NCBI GenBank assembly: GCA_040006775.1
Contig: JBDTWI010000008.1
Span: 1,262 to 65,261, forward strand
DNA length: 64,000 nucleotides
Direction: 5' to 3'
Source: Saprospiraceae bacterium
GTDB lineage: Bacteria; Bacteroidota; Bacteroidia; Chitinophagales; Saprospiraceae
The notes below the pieces were generated by a model. That model did not search any database, had not been told where the DNA came from, and was given only the letters and a program-made list of their open reading frames with translations. The position numbers were made by a program, and so were the translations under genes. Position 1 is the stretch's first letter; each line of letters starts with the position of its first letter. Positions 28,010 through 36,275 of this stretch are shown here, in pieces.

Positions 28010-29478
28010 AGGTATGTATACTACAACCGGATTATGGGAGTTCTTCAATAGACTATAAGAACTATGATCCAAAACGAAACTTAACAGACTTACTACCGGA
28101 AGATGAAGTACATCATGTTTTTTTAAATAAACTGACTACTTATAGCCAGATTAAAGAATTGTCAAATCAAAACTTTGACATTTTTGTAAATCTCTGTGAA
28201 GGATATTTGGAATGGGATATCCCATCAATTGATGTCATAAATTCTTTAGAATTACTTAATCTACCTTATACCGGTCCAAGTAGCAAACTCTATGATCCGC
28301 CTAAGGATCTTATGAAATATGTATCCTACTGTGAAGGGATAAAGACCCCGCTTTACTATAAGGTATCTGATAAATATCAAATTGCTGATATAGAGTCTAT
28401 TTTGAATTATCCAATGTTTGTCAAACCACTTAAAGCAGGAGATAGTCTTGGAATTGATTTGAACTCAAGATGTACCAATTCAAATGAATTAGAAGAAAAG
28501 CTAAATCAGTTGTTGAAAGATTATGATGACGTATTGGTTGAAGAATGTATTGACGGAAGAGAATTTACTGTTTTGGTTGCTTCTAATCCACAATTGGAGA
28601 AAGAGTGTGTTAGTTTCTCTCCTGTTGAATACATTTTTCCAAAAGGCTATAGTTACAAAACATATTCTTTAAAGACTTCTGAGCTCCATCCGGAATCAAA
28701 TAGGATCTGTAACGACCTTGAATTAGAACTGGGTCTGAGAGATGCAGCTGAAAGAATTTTTAAAGCATTCAATGGGATTGGATATGCGAGATTGGATTTT
28801 AGAATTAATGATCAAAGGGAGATATATTTTCTGGAGATCAATTTTACCTGTTCCGTTTTTTATAATAAAGGTTATGAAGGTTCCGCGGATTATGTGTTAG
28901 AATTTGATGGTATCGGCCAAGCCGGATTTCTTAAATTAATTATTGCAGAAGGAATTGCGAGACATAAATCTAAACAAAAGGTTTATGAAATGAAGGGCAA
29001 CGCAATAAGTGGATTTGGTATTTATTCTAAGACAGATATTAGAAAAGGGCAGATAATTTTCAGAGGAGAAGAGAAAGGACACAGATTAGTTACAAAGAGA
29101 CATGTAAGAAAGAACTGGAATCAGGAAGACAAAAGATATTTTGCACAATATGCATATCCAATCAGTGAACAAGTCTATGCACTGTGGGATGATGATCCAA
29201 TGGAATGGGCACCTCAGAATCACAGTTGTTCTCCGAATACACATTATGATGGATTAAATGTACTTGCTTCACGTACAATTCGCAAAGGTGAAGAGCTGAC
29301 CTTAGACTATTCAAGTTTTTTAGATGATCAAGCAGAGCGCTTCCAATGCAAATGCGGTAGTCCTGAATGTAAAAAGATTATTAAAGGAAATAAGCTAAAT
29401 TCCGTAACGGAAAGAGAAATTAATCAAGCTAAACCAAGGGTTAAAAAATCTTATGTTACATCAATTTCAGAGAAGTAA
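28006..29478 (+). CDS. ATP-grasp ligase fused to a C-terminal SET-domain methyltransferase
   Basis: 490 aa. The N-terminal two-thirds is paralogous to the preceding gene (NLCEGY..VINSLELLNLPYTG, MFVKPLKAGDSLGI, VEECIDGREFTVLV, GYARLDFRIN..IYFLEINFTCS). The C-terminal part is a SET domain (GFGIYS..GQII, NHSCSPN, GEELTLDY, CKCGSPEC). ATGA overlap with the upstream gene. Confidence 0.85.
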   Translation: MKVCILQPDYGSSSIDYKNYDPKRNLTDLLPEDEVHHVFLNKLTTYSQIKELSNQNFDIFVNLCEGYLEWDIPSIDVINSLELLNLPYTGPSSKLYDPPKDLMKYVSYCEGIKTPLYYKVSDKYQIADIESILNYPMFVKPLKAGDSLGIDLNSRCTNSNELEEKLNQLLKDYDDVLVEECIDGREFTVLVASNPQLEKECVSFSPVEYIFPKGYSYKTYSLKTSELHPESNRICNDLELELGLRDAAERIFKAFNGIGYARLDFRINDQREIYFLEINFTCSVFYNKGYEGSADYVLEFDGIGQAGFLKLIIAEGIARHKSKQKVYEMKGNAISGFGIYSKTDIRKGQIIFRGEEKGHRLVTKRHVRKNWNQEDKRYFAQYAYPISEQVYALWDDDPMEWAPQNHSCSPNTHYDGLNVLASRTIRKGEELTLDYSSFLDDQAERFQCKCGSPECKKIIKGNKLNSVTEREINQAKPRVKKSYVTSISEK

Positions 29479-29632
29479 TACCGATTGGAATTAATTTTAA
29501 TTCAAAATAGGATATTATTTCCAACCGAGTATGATACACGTAATGATTTGATTGGAAATTCAATATAGTTATTGGGACTTATTTGTGAATCATTAATGTA
29601 TAAAATTATTGGGAATTTGATTCTTAGATAAC
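29479..29632 (-). repeat. dispersed intergenic repeat, inverted copy of the 18261-18364 family
   Basis: It starts with TACCGATTGGAATTA immediately after the stop codon and shares ordered blocks with the reverse complement of 18261-18364. It contains an internal insertion. Confidence 0.65.
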
Positions 29633-29657
29633 ATTTCAAAGGATACATTATATTAAT

Positions 29658-29805
29658 GGCTTATTGAAGTTTCCAGCTTCAATTCATAGGTAACCGAAAT
29701 GTTTTTGTCATCATTTTTGCAAATTCATTCAATAATCTTGATTATCGAAGTTTGAAATTGCGATGCTTTATCTAGAATGTGTAATTCTGGGTGAATCATA
29801 GTTGA
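29658..29805 (+). repeat. composite intergenic repeat: 57-bp hairpin block plus one unit related to the 102-bp tandem repeat
   Basis: GGCTTATTGAAGTTTCCAGCTTCAATTCATAGGTAACCGAAATGTTTTTGTCATCAT (29658-29714) is nearly identical to 32290-32346. GCGATGC..TCTAGAAT.TGTAATTC..ATCATAGTT (about 29747-29805) matches the tandem-array unit. Confidence 0.75.
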
Positions 29806-29903
29806 ATACATCTTGCCAAATTATTAAGCTTATCGGTAATTAGCTTATGATACAACTTCTTCAAATTAGATATTCTGTTATCTTTGACTAAAGTAATTTA
29901 GAT

Positions 29904-30128
29904 ATGACTAGAAATACACTGATCAATAATATTTCAGCTCTTGTTCAAAGTATTGAAAATGAAGACTTTTTACAATCTTTATATGAACTTTTAAAAAATC
30001 ATAAAACGATTAAGCCCGGAGAACTATGGAATAGTCTTACCCAAGATCAAAAAGACCAAGTTTTAAAGGCATTTGAAGATTCTGAAAATGAAGAAAATTT
30101 AATTCCGGAGGAAAAAATATTTAAATAA
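29904..30128 (+). CDS. small acidic helical hypothetical protein (antitoxin-like; weak)
   Basis: 74-aa ORF embedded in repeat-rich non-coding DNA. Its size and charge pattern resemble small addiction-module components, but no partner gene is present. Confidence 0.4.
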   Translation: MTRNTLINNISALVQSIENEDFLQSLYELLKNHKTIKPGELWNSLTQDQKDQVLKAFEDSENEENLIPEEKIFK

Positions 30129-30210
30129 CCAATGTATTAGAAAAAATATAATTTCGGAAATCTTTTCAAATAGAAAAACCAACCAGTGCGAAGAATTAGA
30201 CTGAAATGAA

Positions 30211-30292
30211 TTTCTGAAATTCATAGTTCGTGAATTGTCAAATAAATCATACTTGTCAAGCTTTAGCATGAGTTCAAACAATAATCAGCGGC
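30211..30292 (+). repeat. partial copy of the 102-bp repeat unit
   Basis: AAATCATACTTGTCAAGCTTTAGCATGAGTTCAAACAAT matches the unit segment AAATCATACCTGTCAAGCTTTAGCATGAGTTCAGACAAT. Confidence 0.7.
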
Positions 30293-30386
30293 TAACATGT
30301 TATATCATATAGCAGTCGAAGTCATTGAACTTACTTTGTAGAGTTTCTTTAATCTAATTTGATTGGTTAAGCAGTTACTTAATAAC

Positions 30387-31916
30387 CTACTTTATAAATT
30401 TCCCACCTGCGAATGCACCATTAATACTTTTGATCTGAAAGAAATATATTCCGGATGATAAATCATCACAATCAATCATCACTTCGGAAGAATAATTCGC
30501 AATCTTCTCATATTTATGAATGCGACCAGTGATATCATATAAACCCAAATAGCTTTCAACTTCCAATGGATGAGGAAAAAGAATATTTAAATGATCCGTT
30601 ATTGGATTCGGATAATAAACTAAACTTGAACTAAAGTCAAATTCGTCAATCTGAGAAGTAAGGAACTTAATCGTACTCTCACAAGGATAGGGTTCATCAA
30701 TTCGAAAGTGTGGGAAGTTAGGAATGGAACTATGATTCAAGAATGGTAATTGAATGGCTTGTTGCACGAATTCACAGGCAGTTCCTTTATTGTTTGGATG
30801 CATAATTACATTCATACACGTCTGCTGATAATTACTAACCATATATATTCTGCAGTCTGGACCAAGGACCATTGGTCCGAATCTGGTTTTTCTTTTAAGT
30901 CCTGGATCACAGCTTACATTGTTGGTTGAGGCAACAAAGACCTCCGAAGATTTAATGTCAGAAGCTGTAATATCATATTGAAAAAGATCAACGCGGGTGC
31001 TTACATAAACATAACGATTATCAGGACTAAAACACACACCACATATTCCAGGTTCCAGTGTATCAATAACCGATATCTTTCTGTAATTAGAAAATATGCC
31101 TAATTCTCTATCAAAGTCCATTAATTCTAATCCAAATTTACTAGAATAATAAGCATAATGCTTTCCATTTGGACTAAAGCTAGCAAATTCTAAATCTCCA
31201 TCTTTAAAATATTCTCCTATTTTTTGCTGTTTATATTTAATAGTGTCAGCACTATTATTAATAATAAAGAATAAATTATCTTGATCTTTTCGAATAATTA
31301 TCCACCAACCCAAATCATTCTTCATTTTAACAGCTGTCATGGATCCGGTAGGCAAGGTATCTTTAAGTATTGGTTCATTCTTAAAAAGAACTGTAAATAA
31401 ATTACTTGAGTCAGAGTAGATTAATTCAGTTAAAAGTACATGAGGAGAATAAAGAAATTTTTTTCCTATTACTGTTTCTAAACTTAAGTAGAAGTAATTA
31501 GTTTTGCTAGTTAATTTTGGAAGTATAATCCCACCTTGAGGAATTTCGAGACCACTAGGATATAACAAACCTTCTTTAATGCAATTTTCATAATAGTCAT
31601 TAATAGGGTTCAAACTATCACTTCCTGGTATTTTATTATTGTCAGAATCTAATAAATAACACCCATCAGTATAGAAGATAATTTCTCCATTCTTATCACA
31701 TATAGAAGCATTGTGTGAATTCATGTAATAAGGCTTATGATTAATAATTATCTTAACTTCTCCATTGTTAAAATCAAGATCCATTCCGCCAAAGTAGGAC
31801 TTATTGTAAGGTGTTCCATCAGGACTTCCCAGCATCCATCGATAATCTTCTTTCTGAGCAATTGTAGTTAATGACAAACTCAAGAATAATAAAATATAAC
31901 TTAGATGTTTATGCAT
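30387..31916 (-). CDS. T9SS-secreted hypothetical protein (beta-rich, possibly propeller-like)
   Basis: Signal peptide MHKHLSYILLFLSLSLTTIAQ starts at the internal ATG 31914-31916; the track start at 31967 adds 17 non-signal residues. The C-terminal YYPNPITDHLNI..GIYFFQIKS.. tail fits a T9SS CTD. Confidence 0.75.
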   Translation of the reverse strand: MHKHLSYILLFLSLSLTTIAQKEDYRWMLGSPDGTPYNKSYFGGMDLDFNNGEVKIIINHKPYYMNSHNASICDKNGEIIFYTDGCYLLDSDNNKIPGSDSLNPINDYYENCIKEGLLYPSGLEIPQGGIILPKLTSKTNYFYLSLETVIGKKFLYSPHVLLTELIYSDSSNLFTVLFKNEPILKDTLPTGSMTAVKMKNDLGWWIIIRKDQDNLFFIINNSADTIKYKQQKIGEYFKDGDLEFASFSPNGKHYAYYSSKFGLELMDFDRELGIFSNYRKISVIDTLEPGICGVCFSPDNRYVYVSTRVDLFQYDITASDIKSSEVFVASTNNVSCDPGLKRKTRFGPMVLGPDCRIYMVSNYQQTCMNVIMHPNNKGTACEFVQQAIQLPFLNHSSIPNFPHFRIDEPYPCESTIKFLTSQIDEFDFSSSLVYYPNPITDHLNILFPHPLEVESYLGLYDITGRIHKYEKIANYSSEVMIDCDDLSSGIYFFQIKSINGAFAGGKFIK

Positions 31917-32289
31917 AATTTGAAATAAAATGGGTGTACACATCGATGTTCTTCTTGTCTGCAACAAATAATTTAACCTAAAGATAAGTTAGAAAAATTG
32001 TTAATTTATCAATTTAAGATTTTAACCAAATGTAACAAGTTAAAATAGCAATGCAAAATGTCTATTTTTTCAAGAACGTATAAATTTTAAATCTACTATT
32101 GCAATTTGAACTATTGTCTATTGCCATGCTATTTATTGTCACCATTTTTGCAAATGATACAAATTTGAAATAATATTTTACCTAAAATTAACTGGTATCA
32201 TACCGACAGGCATTGATTCTTTATAAGCTTATTACATGGATATATATGTCTCGTCGGTATTTCATGCAAAAATGCCGCCAAAAAAAGCT

Positions 32290-32346
32290 GGCTTATTGAA
32301 GCTTCTAGCTTCAATTCATAGGTAACCGAAATGTTTTTGTCATCAT
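32290..32346 (+). repeat. 57-bp hairpin block, second copy
   Basis: GGCTTATTGAAGCTTCTAGCTTCAATTCATAGGTAACCGAAATGTTTTTGTCATCAT. It contains the perfect 9-bp stem ATTGAAGCT/AGCTTCAAT. Confidence 0.8.
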
Positions 32347-32370
32347 GTTGACCTGATCGGCTGATCGTCG

Positions 32371-32707
32371 CAGTTTATAACTGCGATGCAATACACCTAG
32401 AATTTGTAATTCTAAATGAATCATAACCCATCATAAAATCACACAAATCATAGTTCAGACAATGAACTTCGATGCGATATCTCTAGAATTTGTAATTCAT
32501 AATCATAGTTTGTCATATAATCATTCAAATCATACCTGTAAAGCTTTAGCATGAGTTCAGACAATGAACTTCGATGTGATATCTCTAGAATTCGTAATTC
32601 AAAATCATAGTTTGTCATATAATCATTCAAATCATACCTGTCAAGCTTTAGCATGAGTTCAGACAATGAACTTCGATGCGATATCTCTAGAATTTGTAAT
32701 TCAAAAT
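32371..32707 (+). repeat. tandem array of a 102-bp unit (about 2.5 well-conserved copies from 32453, plus one degenerate leading copy)
   Basis: GTTCAGACAATGAACTTCGATG recurs at 32453, 32555 and 32657, an exact 102-nt period. The units differ by a few substitutions. Confidence 0.9.
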
Positions 32708-33005
32708 GCATTACTTAAAAAGTATGAATTAGAAGCCGTCTCAATCTCTGACCATCAAGAATAAATAAATGAACAATCCAAATTTTCAAATTGAAGAAAC
32801 ATAGATTCAAGCTGAATTTTGAAATAGTAATTGAAATCTCTAATTTAAATTTTAAATGAACACTCTGAAATGAATTTCATAAGATATTCCTTCTACGAAG
32901 TTTCGCGAAATAAGCGTCTTGCCATCACAAATGTCAGAATTGAGTTCGTTTTGCCTAATCGGTCTAAACTATAGTTTTTACTACTAAAATTGAAGCGTCT
33001 CGGCT

Positions 33006-33013
33006 TATATTTG
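33006..33013 (+). promoter_or_regulatory. TAnnTTTG -7 box upstream of nuoA
   Basis: TATATTTG lies 20 nt upstream of the nuoA ATG. No well-spaced -33 TTG was seen. Confidence 0.35.
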
Positions 33014-33032
33014 CGACGAATTCAGATTCGCT

Positions 33033-33422
33033 ATGACCAATCAGCATTTGCCTTTCGACTACATTCCTATAATTATTCAGTTTCTCGTAGCTGCAGGCTT
33101 TGTTGTAGTAACTTTGTTGGGAACCCATTTACTTGGCCCAAAGGCGAAAGGCAAGCGGCATGATGCGAGCTTTGAATGTGGTCTGGATAGCGTTGGTAAT
33201 GCACGCAATCCCTTCTCTGTCAAGTACTTCATGACCGCCATTCTTTTTGTTTTGTTTGACGTTGAAATCATTTTTCTTTACCCATGGGCAGTGAATTTTA
33301 AGGCCTTGGGATGGTTTGGATATATTGAAATTATCATCTTTTTAGCGCTTTTCATGGCTGGATTCTATTACGTTCTAAGAAAAGGAGTGCTAAATTGGGA
33401 TACACGAGAAGACAATGACTAA
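33033..33422 (+). CDS. nuoA: NADH-quinone oxidoreductase subunit A
   Basis: 129 aa, three TM helices, ND3-family pattern (FECG.., FDVEIIFLYPWA). First gene of the nuo cluster. Confidence 0.9.
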   Translation: MTNQHLPFDYIPIIIQFLVAAGFVVVTLLGTHLLGPKAKGKRHDASFECGLDSVGNARNPFSVKYFMTAILFVLFDVEIIFLYPWAVNFKALGWFGYIEIIIFLALFMAGFYYVLRKGVLNWDTREDND

Positions 33423-33445
33423 GGTATTAATAATTAATTTATCAC

Positions 33446-33991
33446 ATGAGTAGTCAAGTTACAATTACAGAAGCACCTCCAGGAATAGAAGGACAGGGTT
33501 TTTTTGCTACAAAATTGGATCAGGTTGTAGGATTGGCCCGAAAGAATAGCATATGGCCTCTGCCTTTTGCGACTTCTTGTTGTGGTATTGAATTTATGTC
33601 TACCATGTCCTCACATTATGACTTGGCAAGATTCGGCTCTGAAAGATTGAGTTTTACTCCTAGACAGGCGGATTTATTAATGGTTATGGGTACGATTGCA
33701 AAAAAAATGGGTCCGGTCCTCCGTCAGGTATACGAACAAATGGCTGAACCAAGATGGGTAATCGCTGTAGGTGCCTGTGCGTCAAGTGGAGGAATTTTTG
33801 ATACTTATAGTGTTCTTCAGGGAATTGACTTAATCATCCCTGTAGATGTATACGTTCCTGGTTGTCCACCAAGACCTGAACAAATTATTGATGGTGTTAT
33901 GCGCATTCAGGACTTAATAGGTAAAGAAAGTATTCGAAGAAGAAACTCTGATGAGTATAAGCAATTGATGGAAGAATATATGATTCGTTAA
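33446..33991 (+). CDS. nuoB: NADH-quinone oxidoreductase subunit B
   Basis: 181 aa. N2-cluster cysteines in CCGIEF, GACASSGG and PGCPPRPE. Confidence 0.95.
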   Translation: MSSQVTITEAPPGIEGQGFFATKLDQVVGLARKNSIWPLPFATSCCGIEFMSTMSSHYDLARFGSERLSFTPRQADLLMVMGTIAKKMGPVLRQVYEQMAEPRWVIAVGACASSGGIFDTYSVLQGIDLIIPVDVYVPGCPPRPEQIIDGVMRIQDLIGKESIRRRNSDEYKQLMEEYMIR

Positions 33992-33992
33992 T

Positions 33993-34496
33993 ATGGTTGT
34001 CAATCACGAAGATATTATTAGCCACATTAAGGATAATGTAGGAGATGTACTAAAGGTCATACCTGATGATTATGGTGTATTAATTGCTGAAGTTTCTGTG
34101 CATCAAGTGTATAAATTAATAAGTTTTCTATTTAAAGATCTGAACTATAAGTTCAACATTTTAGTCGATTTATGTGGGGTACATTATCCGGATAGAAAAG
34201 GAGAAGAACTTGGAGTAGTTTATCATATTCAAAGTATGTCATTGCGAACAAGAATCAGGCTAAAAGTTTTTGTTCCAATAGAAAAACCTGAAGTTCCATC
34301 ACTAACTGGAATATATGCTGCTGCAAACTGGATGGAAAGAGAAACTTATGATTTCTACGGAATACTTTTTCTAGGACATCCAAATTTGGTAAGAATCCTT
34401 AATATGGATGAAATGATTGATTTTCCAATGAGAAAAGAATTTCCATTGGAAGATCCTAAAAGAAGAGACAAAGAAGATTTTCATTTTGGAAGATAA
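33993..34496 (+). CDS. nuoC: NADH-quinone oxidoreductase subunit C
   Basis: 167 aa, 30-kDa subunit pattern (ANWMERETYDFYGILFLGHPN). Not fused to nuoD. Confidence 0.9.
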   Translation: MVVNHEDIISHIKDNVGDVLKVIPDDYGVLIAEVSVHQVYKLISFLFKDLNYKFNILVDLCGVHYPDRKGEELGVVYHIQSMSLRTRIRLKVFVPIEKPEVPSLTGIYAAANWMERETYDFYGILFLGHPNLVRILNMDEMIDFPMRKEFPLEDPKRRDKEDFHFGR

Positions 34497-34499
34497 ACA

Positions 34500-35726
34500 A
34501 TGAGAACTAACTTAGAATATAAAGCAGAATTTTTGAATCCGGATATGCCGGACATTCCATATACAACACTAAATCTTGGACCAACACATCCTGCGACACA
34601 TGGAATATTTCAAAATATTCTAAAGATGGATGGGGAGAGAATTGTAAGTGGTGAACAAACCATTGGTTATATTCATCGGGCATTTGAAAAAATTGCCGAA
34701 CGCCGACCTTTTTATCAAATTACTCCACTCACTGATCGCTTAAATTATTGTTCTGCGCCTATTAATAACATTGGTTGGCATCTGACAGTTGAAAAGTTAT
34801 TAAAAGTAAGCGTTCCTAAACGGGTTGACTACATGAGAGTGCTGGTTATGGAATTGGCAAGAGTTACCGATCATTTAATCTGCAACAGTATACTTGGTGT
34901 AGATACAGGAGCTTTGACGGGATTCACCTATGTCTATCAATTTAGGGAAAAGGTTTATGAAATTTATGAAGAAATCTGTGGAGCACGATTGACTACAAAC
35001 ATGGGAAGAGTTGGTGGATTTGAAAGAGACTTTTCACCAAAAGTTTTTGAGCTTACGCGTAAATTTTTGGCAGAATTTCCAAAAATCTGGAGGCAATTCG
35101 AAAGCCTTTTATCAAGAAACAGAATTTTCATGGACAGGACCATGAAAACCGGACCTATAAGCGTTGAACGCGCACTTAATTATGGATTTACAGGGCCAAA
35201 TCTTCGCGCTGCAGGAATTGACTATGATCTCAGAGTTGCAGATCCTTATTGTTCCTACGAGGACTTTAAGTTTGATATACCTGTTGGAACTACAGGGGAC
35301 ACTTATGATCGATTTGTAGTAAGAAATGAAGAAATCTGGCAGAGTTTATCTATAATTGAGCAGGCACTTCAAAAAATAGAAGCCTGTGAACCAGGAGTAT
35401 ACCATGCCGATTCAGATCGTTATTATCTTCCACCAAAGCAAGAAGTATATCGGAATATGGAAGCTTTAATCTATCACTTTAAAATAGTAATGGGCGAAAT
35501 TGAAGCACCTGTCGGTGAAGTTTATAAAGCAGTTGAAGGTGCAAATGGAGAACTGGGATTCTATTTGATTAGTGATGGAGGTAGAACCCCATATAGATTG
35601 CATTTCAGAAGACCGAGTTTTATTTATTATCAAGCATTTCCTGAAATGGTGCAGGGACAAATGTTGTCTGATGCCATTGTGGTAATGAGTAGTATGAATG
35701 TTATCGCAGGGGAATTAGATGCGTAA
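34500..35726 (+). CDS. nuoD: NADH-quinone oxidoreductase subunit D
   Basis: 408 aa, 49-kDa subunit (LNLGPTHPATHG, GYIHRAFEK, RLHFRRPSF). Confidence 0.95.
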   Translation: MRTNLEYKAEFLNPDMPDIPYTTLNLGPTHPATHGIFQNILKMDGERIVSGEQTIGYIHRAFEKIAERRPFYQITPLTDRLNYCSAPINNIGWHLTVEKLLKVSVPKRVDYMRVLVMELARVTDHLICNSILGVDTGALTGFTYVYQFREKVYEIYEEICGARLTTNMGRVGGFERDFSPKVFELTRKFLAEFPKIWRQFESLLSRNRIFMDRTMKTGPISVERALNYGFTGPNLRAAGIDYDLRVADPYCSYEDFKFDIPVGTTGDTYDRFVVRNEEIWQSLSIIEQALQKIEACEPGVYHADSDRYYLPPKQEVYRNMEALIYHFKIVMGEIEAPVGEVYKAVEGANGELGFYLISDGGRTPYRLHFRRPSFIYYQAFPEMVQGQMLSDAIVVMSSMNVIAGELDA

Positions 35727-35780
35727 TTAAAGAATAAAGTGTAAGAAATTAATATTAATAAAAAGTAAGAAAAATTAGCA

Positions 35781-36272
35781 ATGTCAGTTTTATCTGCATC
35801 AACAATACAAGAGATTCAAAAGATCAAAACAAGATATCCTGAAGGAAGGCATAAGTCTGCACTTTTACCTGCACTTCACCTTGCACAAGCGGAATGTGGT
35901 TGGTTGCCGGTAGAAACTATGAATCAGGTAGCGGATGTTTTAGACCTCCAACCGATTGAGGTTTATGAAGTAGCTACTTTCTATACTATGTTTCATGTAA
36001 AACCAGTAGGCAAATATGTATTGGAAGTTTGCAGAACTGGTCCTTGTTGTAATATAGGTGCAGAAGAACTAATACAATATATTGAAGAGAAGTTGGGAAT
36101 TCAGGTTGGTCAAACAACAGAAGATAAATTATTTACTTTAAAAACTGTTGAATGCCTTGCATCATGTGGTTCAGGTCCAGTACTACAGATCGGTCCTGAA
36201 TACATATATCATGAGAATCTCACAAAAGAAAGCATAGATTTTTTAATTGCAGAGCTAAAGACCAAAGCCTGA
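35781..36272 (+). CDS. nuoE: NADH-quinone oxidoreductase subunit E
   Basis: 163 aa, 24-kDa 2Fe-2S subunit (CRTGPCC .. ECLASCGSGP). Confidence 0.9.
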   Translation: MSVLSASTIQEIQKIKTRYPEGRHKSALLPALHLAQAECGWLPVETMNQVADVLDLQPIEVYEVATFYTMFHVKPVGKYVLEVCRTGPCCNIGAEELIQYIEEKLGIQVGQTTEDKLFTLKTVECLASCGSGPVLQIGPEYIYHENLTKESIDFLIAELKTKA

Positions 36273-36275
36273 TTT

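Noticed and set aside
30099-30281. 60-aa minus-strand ORF overlapping the end of the 74-aa gene
   Set aside because: It lies over a partial copy of the 102-bp repeat and overlaps a plus-strand ORF. It is most likely a repeat-derived artefact.
32371-32707. Tandem repeat array as a CRISPR array
   Set aside because: The units are contiguous 102-bp copies with no unique spacers between them. The repeat length is far outside the CRISPR range, and no cas genes are in the window.
32448-32711. 87-aa minus-strand ORF (MHFELQILEISHRSS..) as a protein-coding gene
   Set aside because: It is just the translation of the 102-bp tandem repeat, whose period is a multiple of 3. There is no recognisable promoter or family, and related copies elsewhere (29747-29805, 30211-30292) are fragmentary. 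It is kept only as a caveat in the tandem-array finding.
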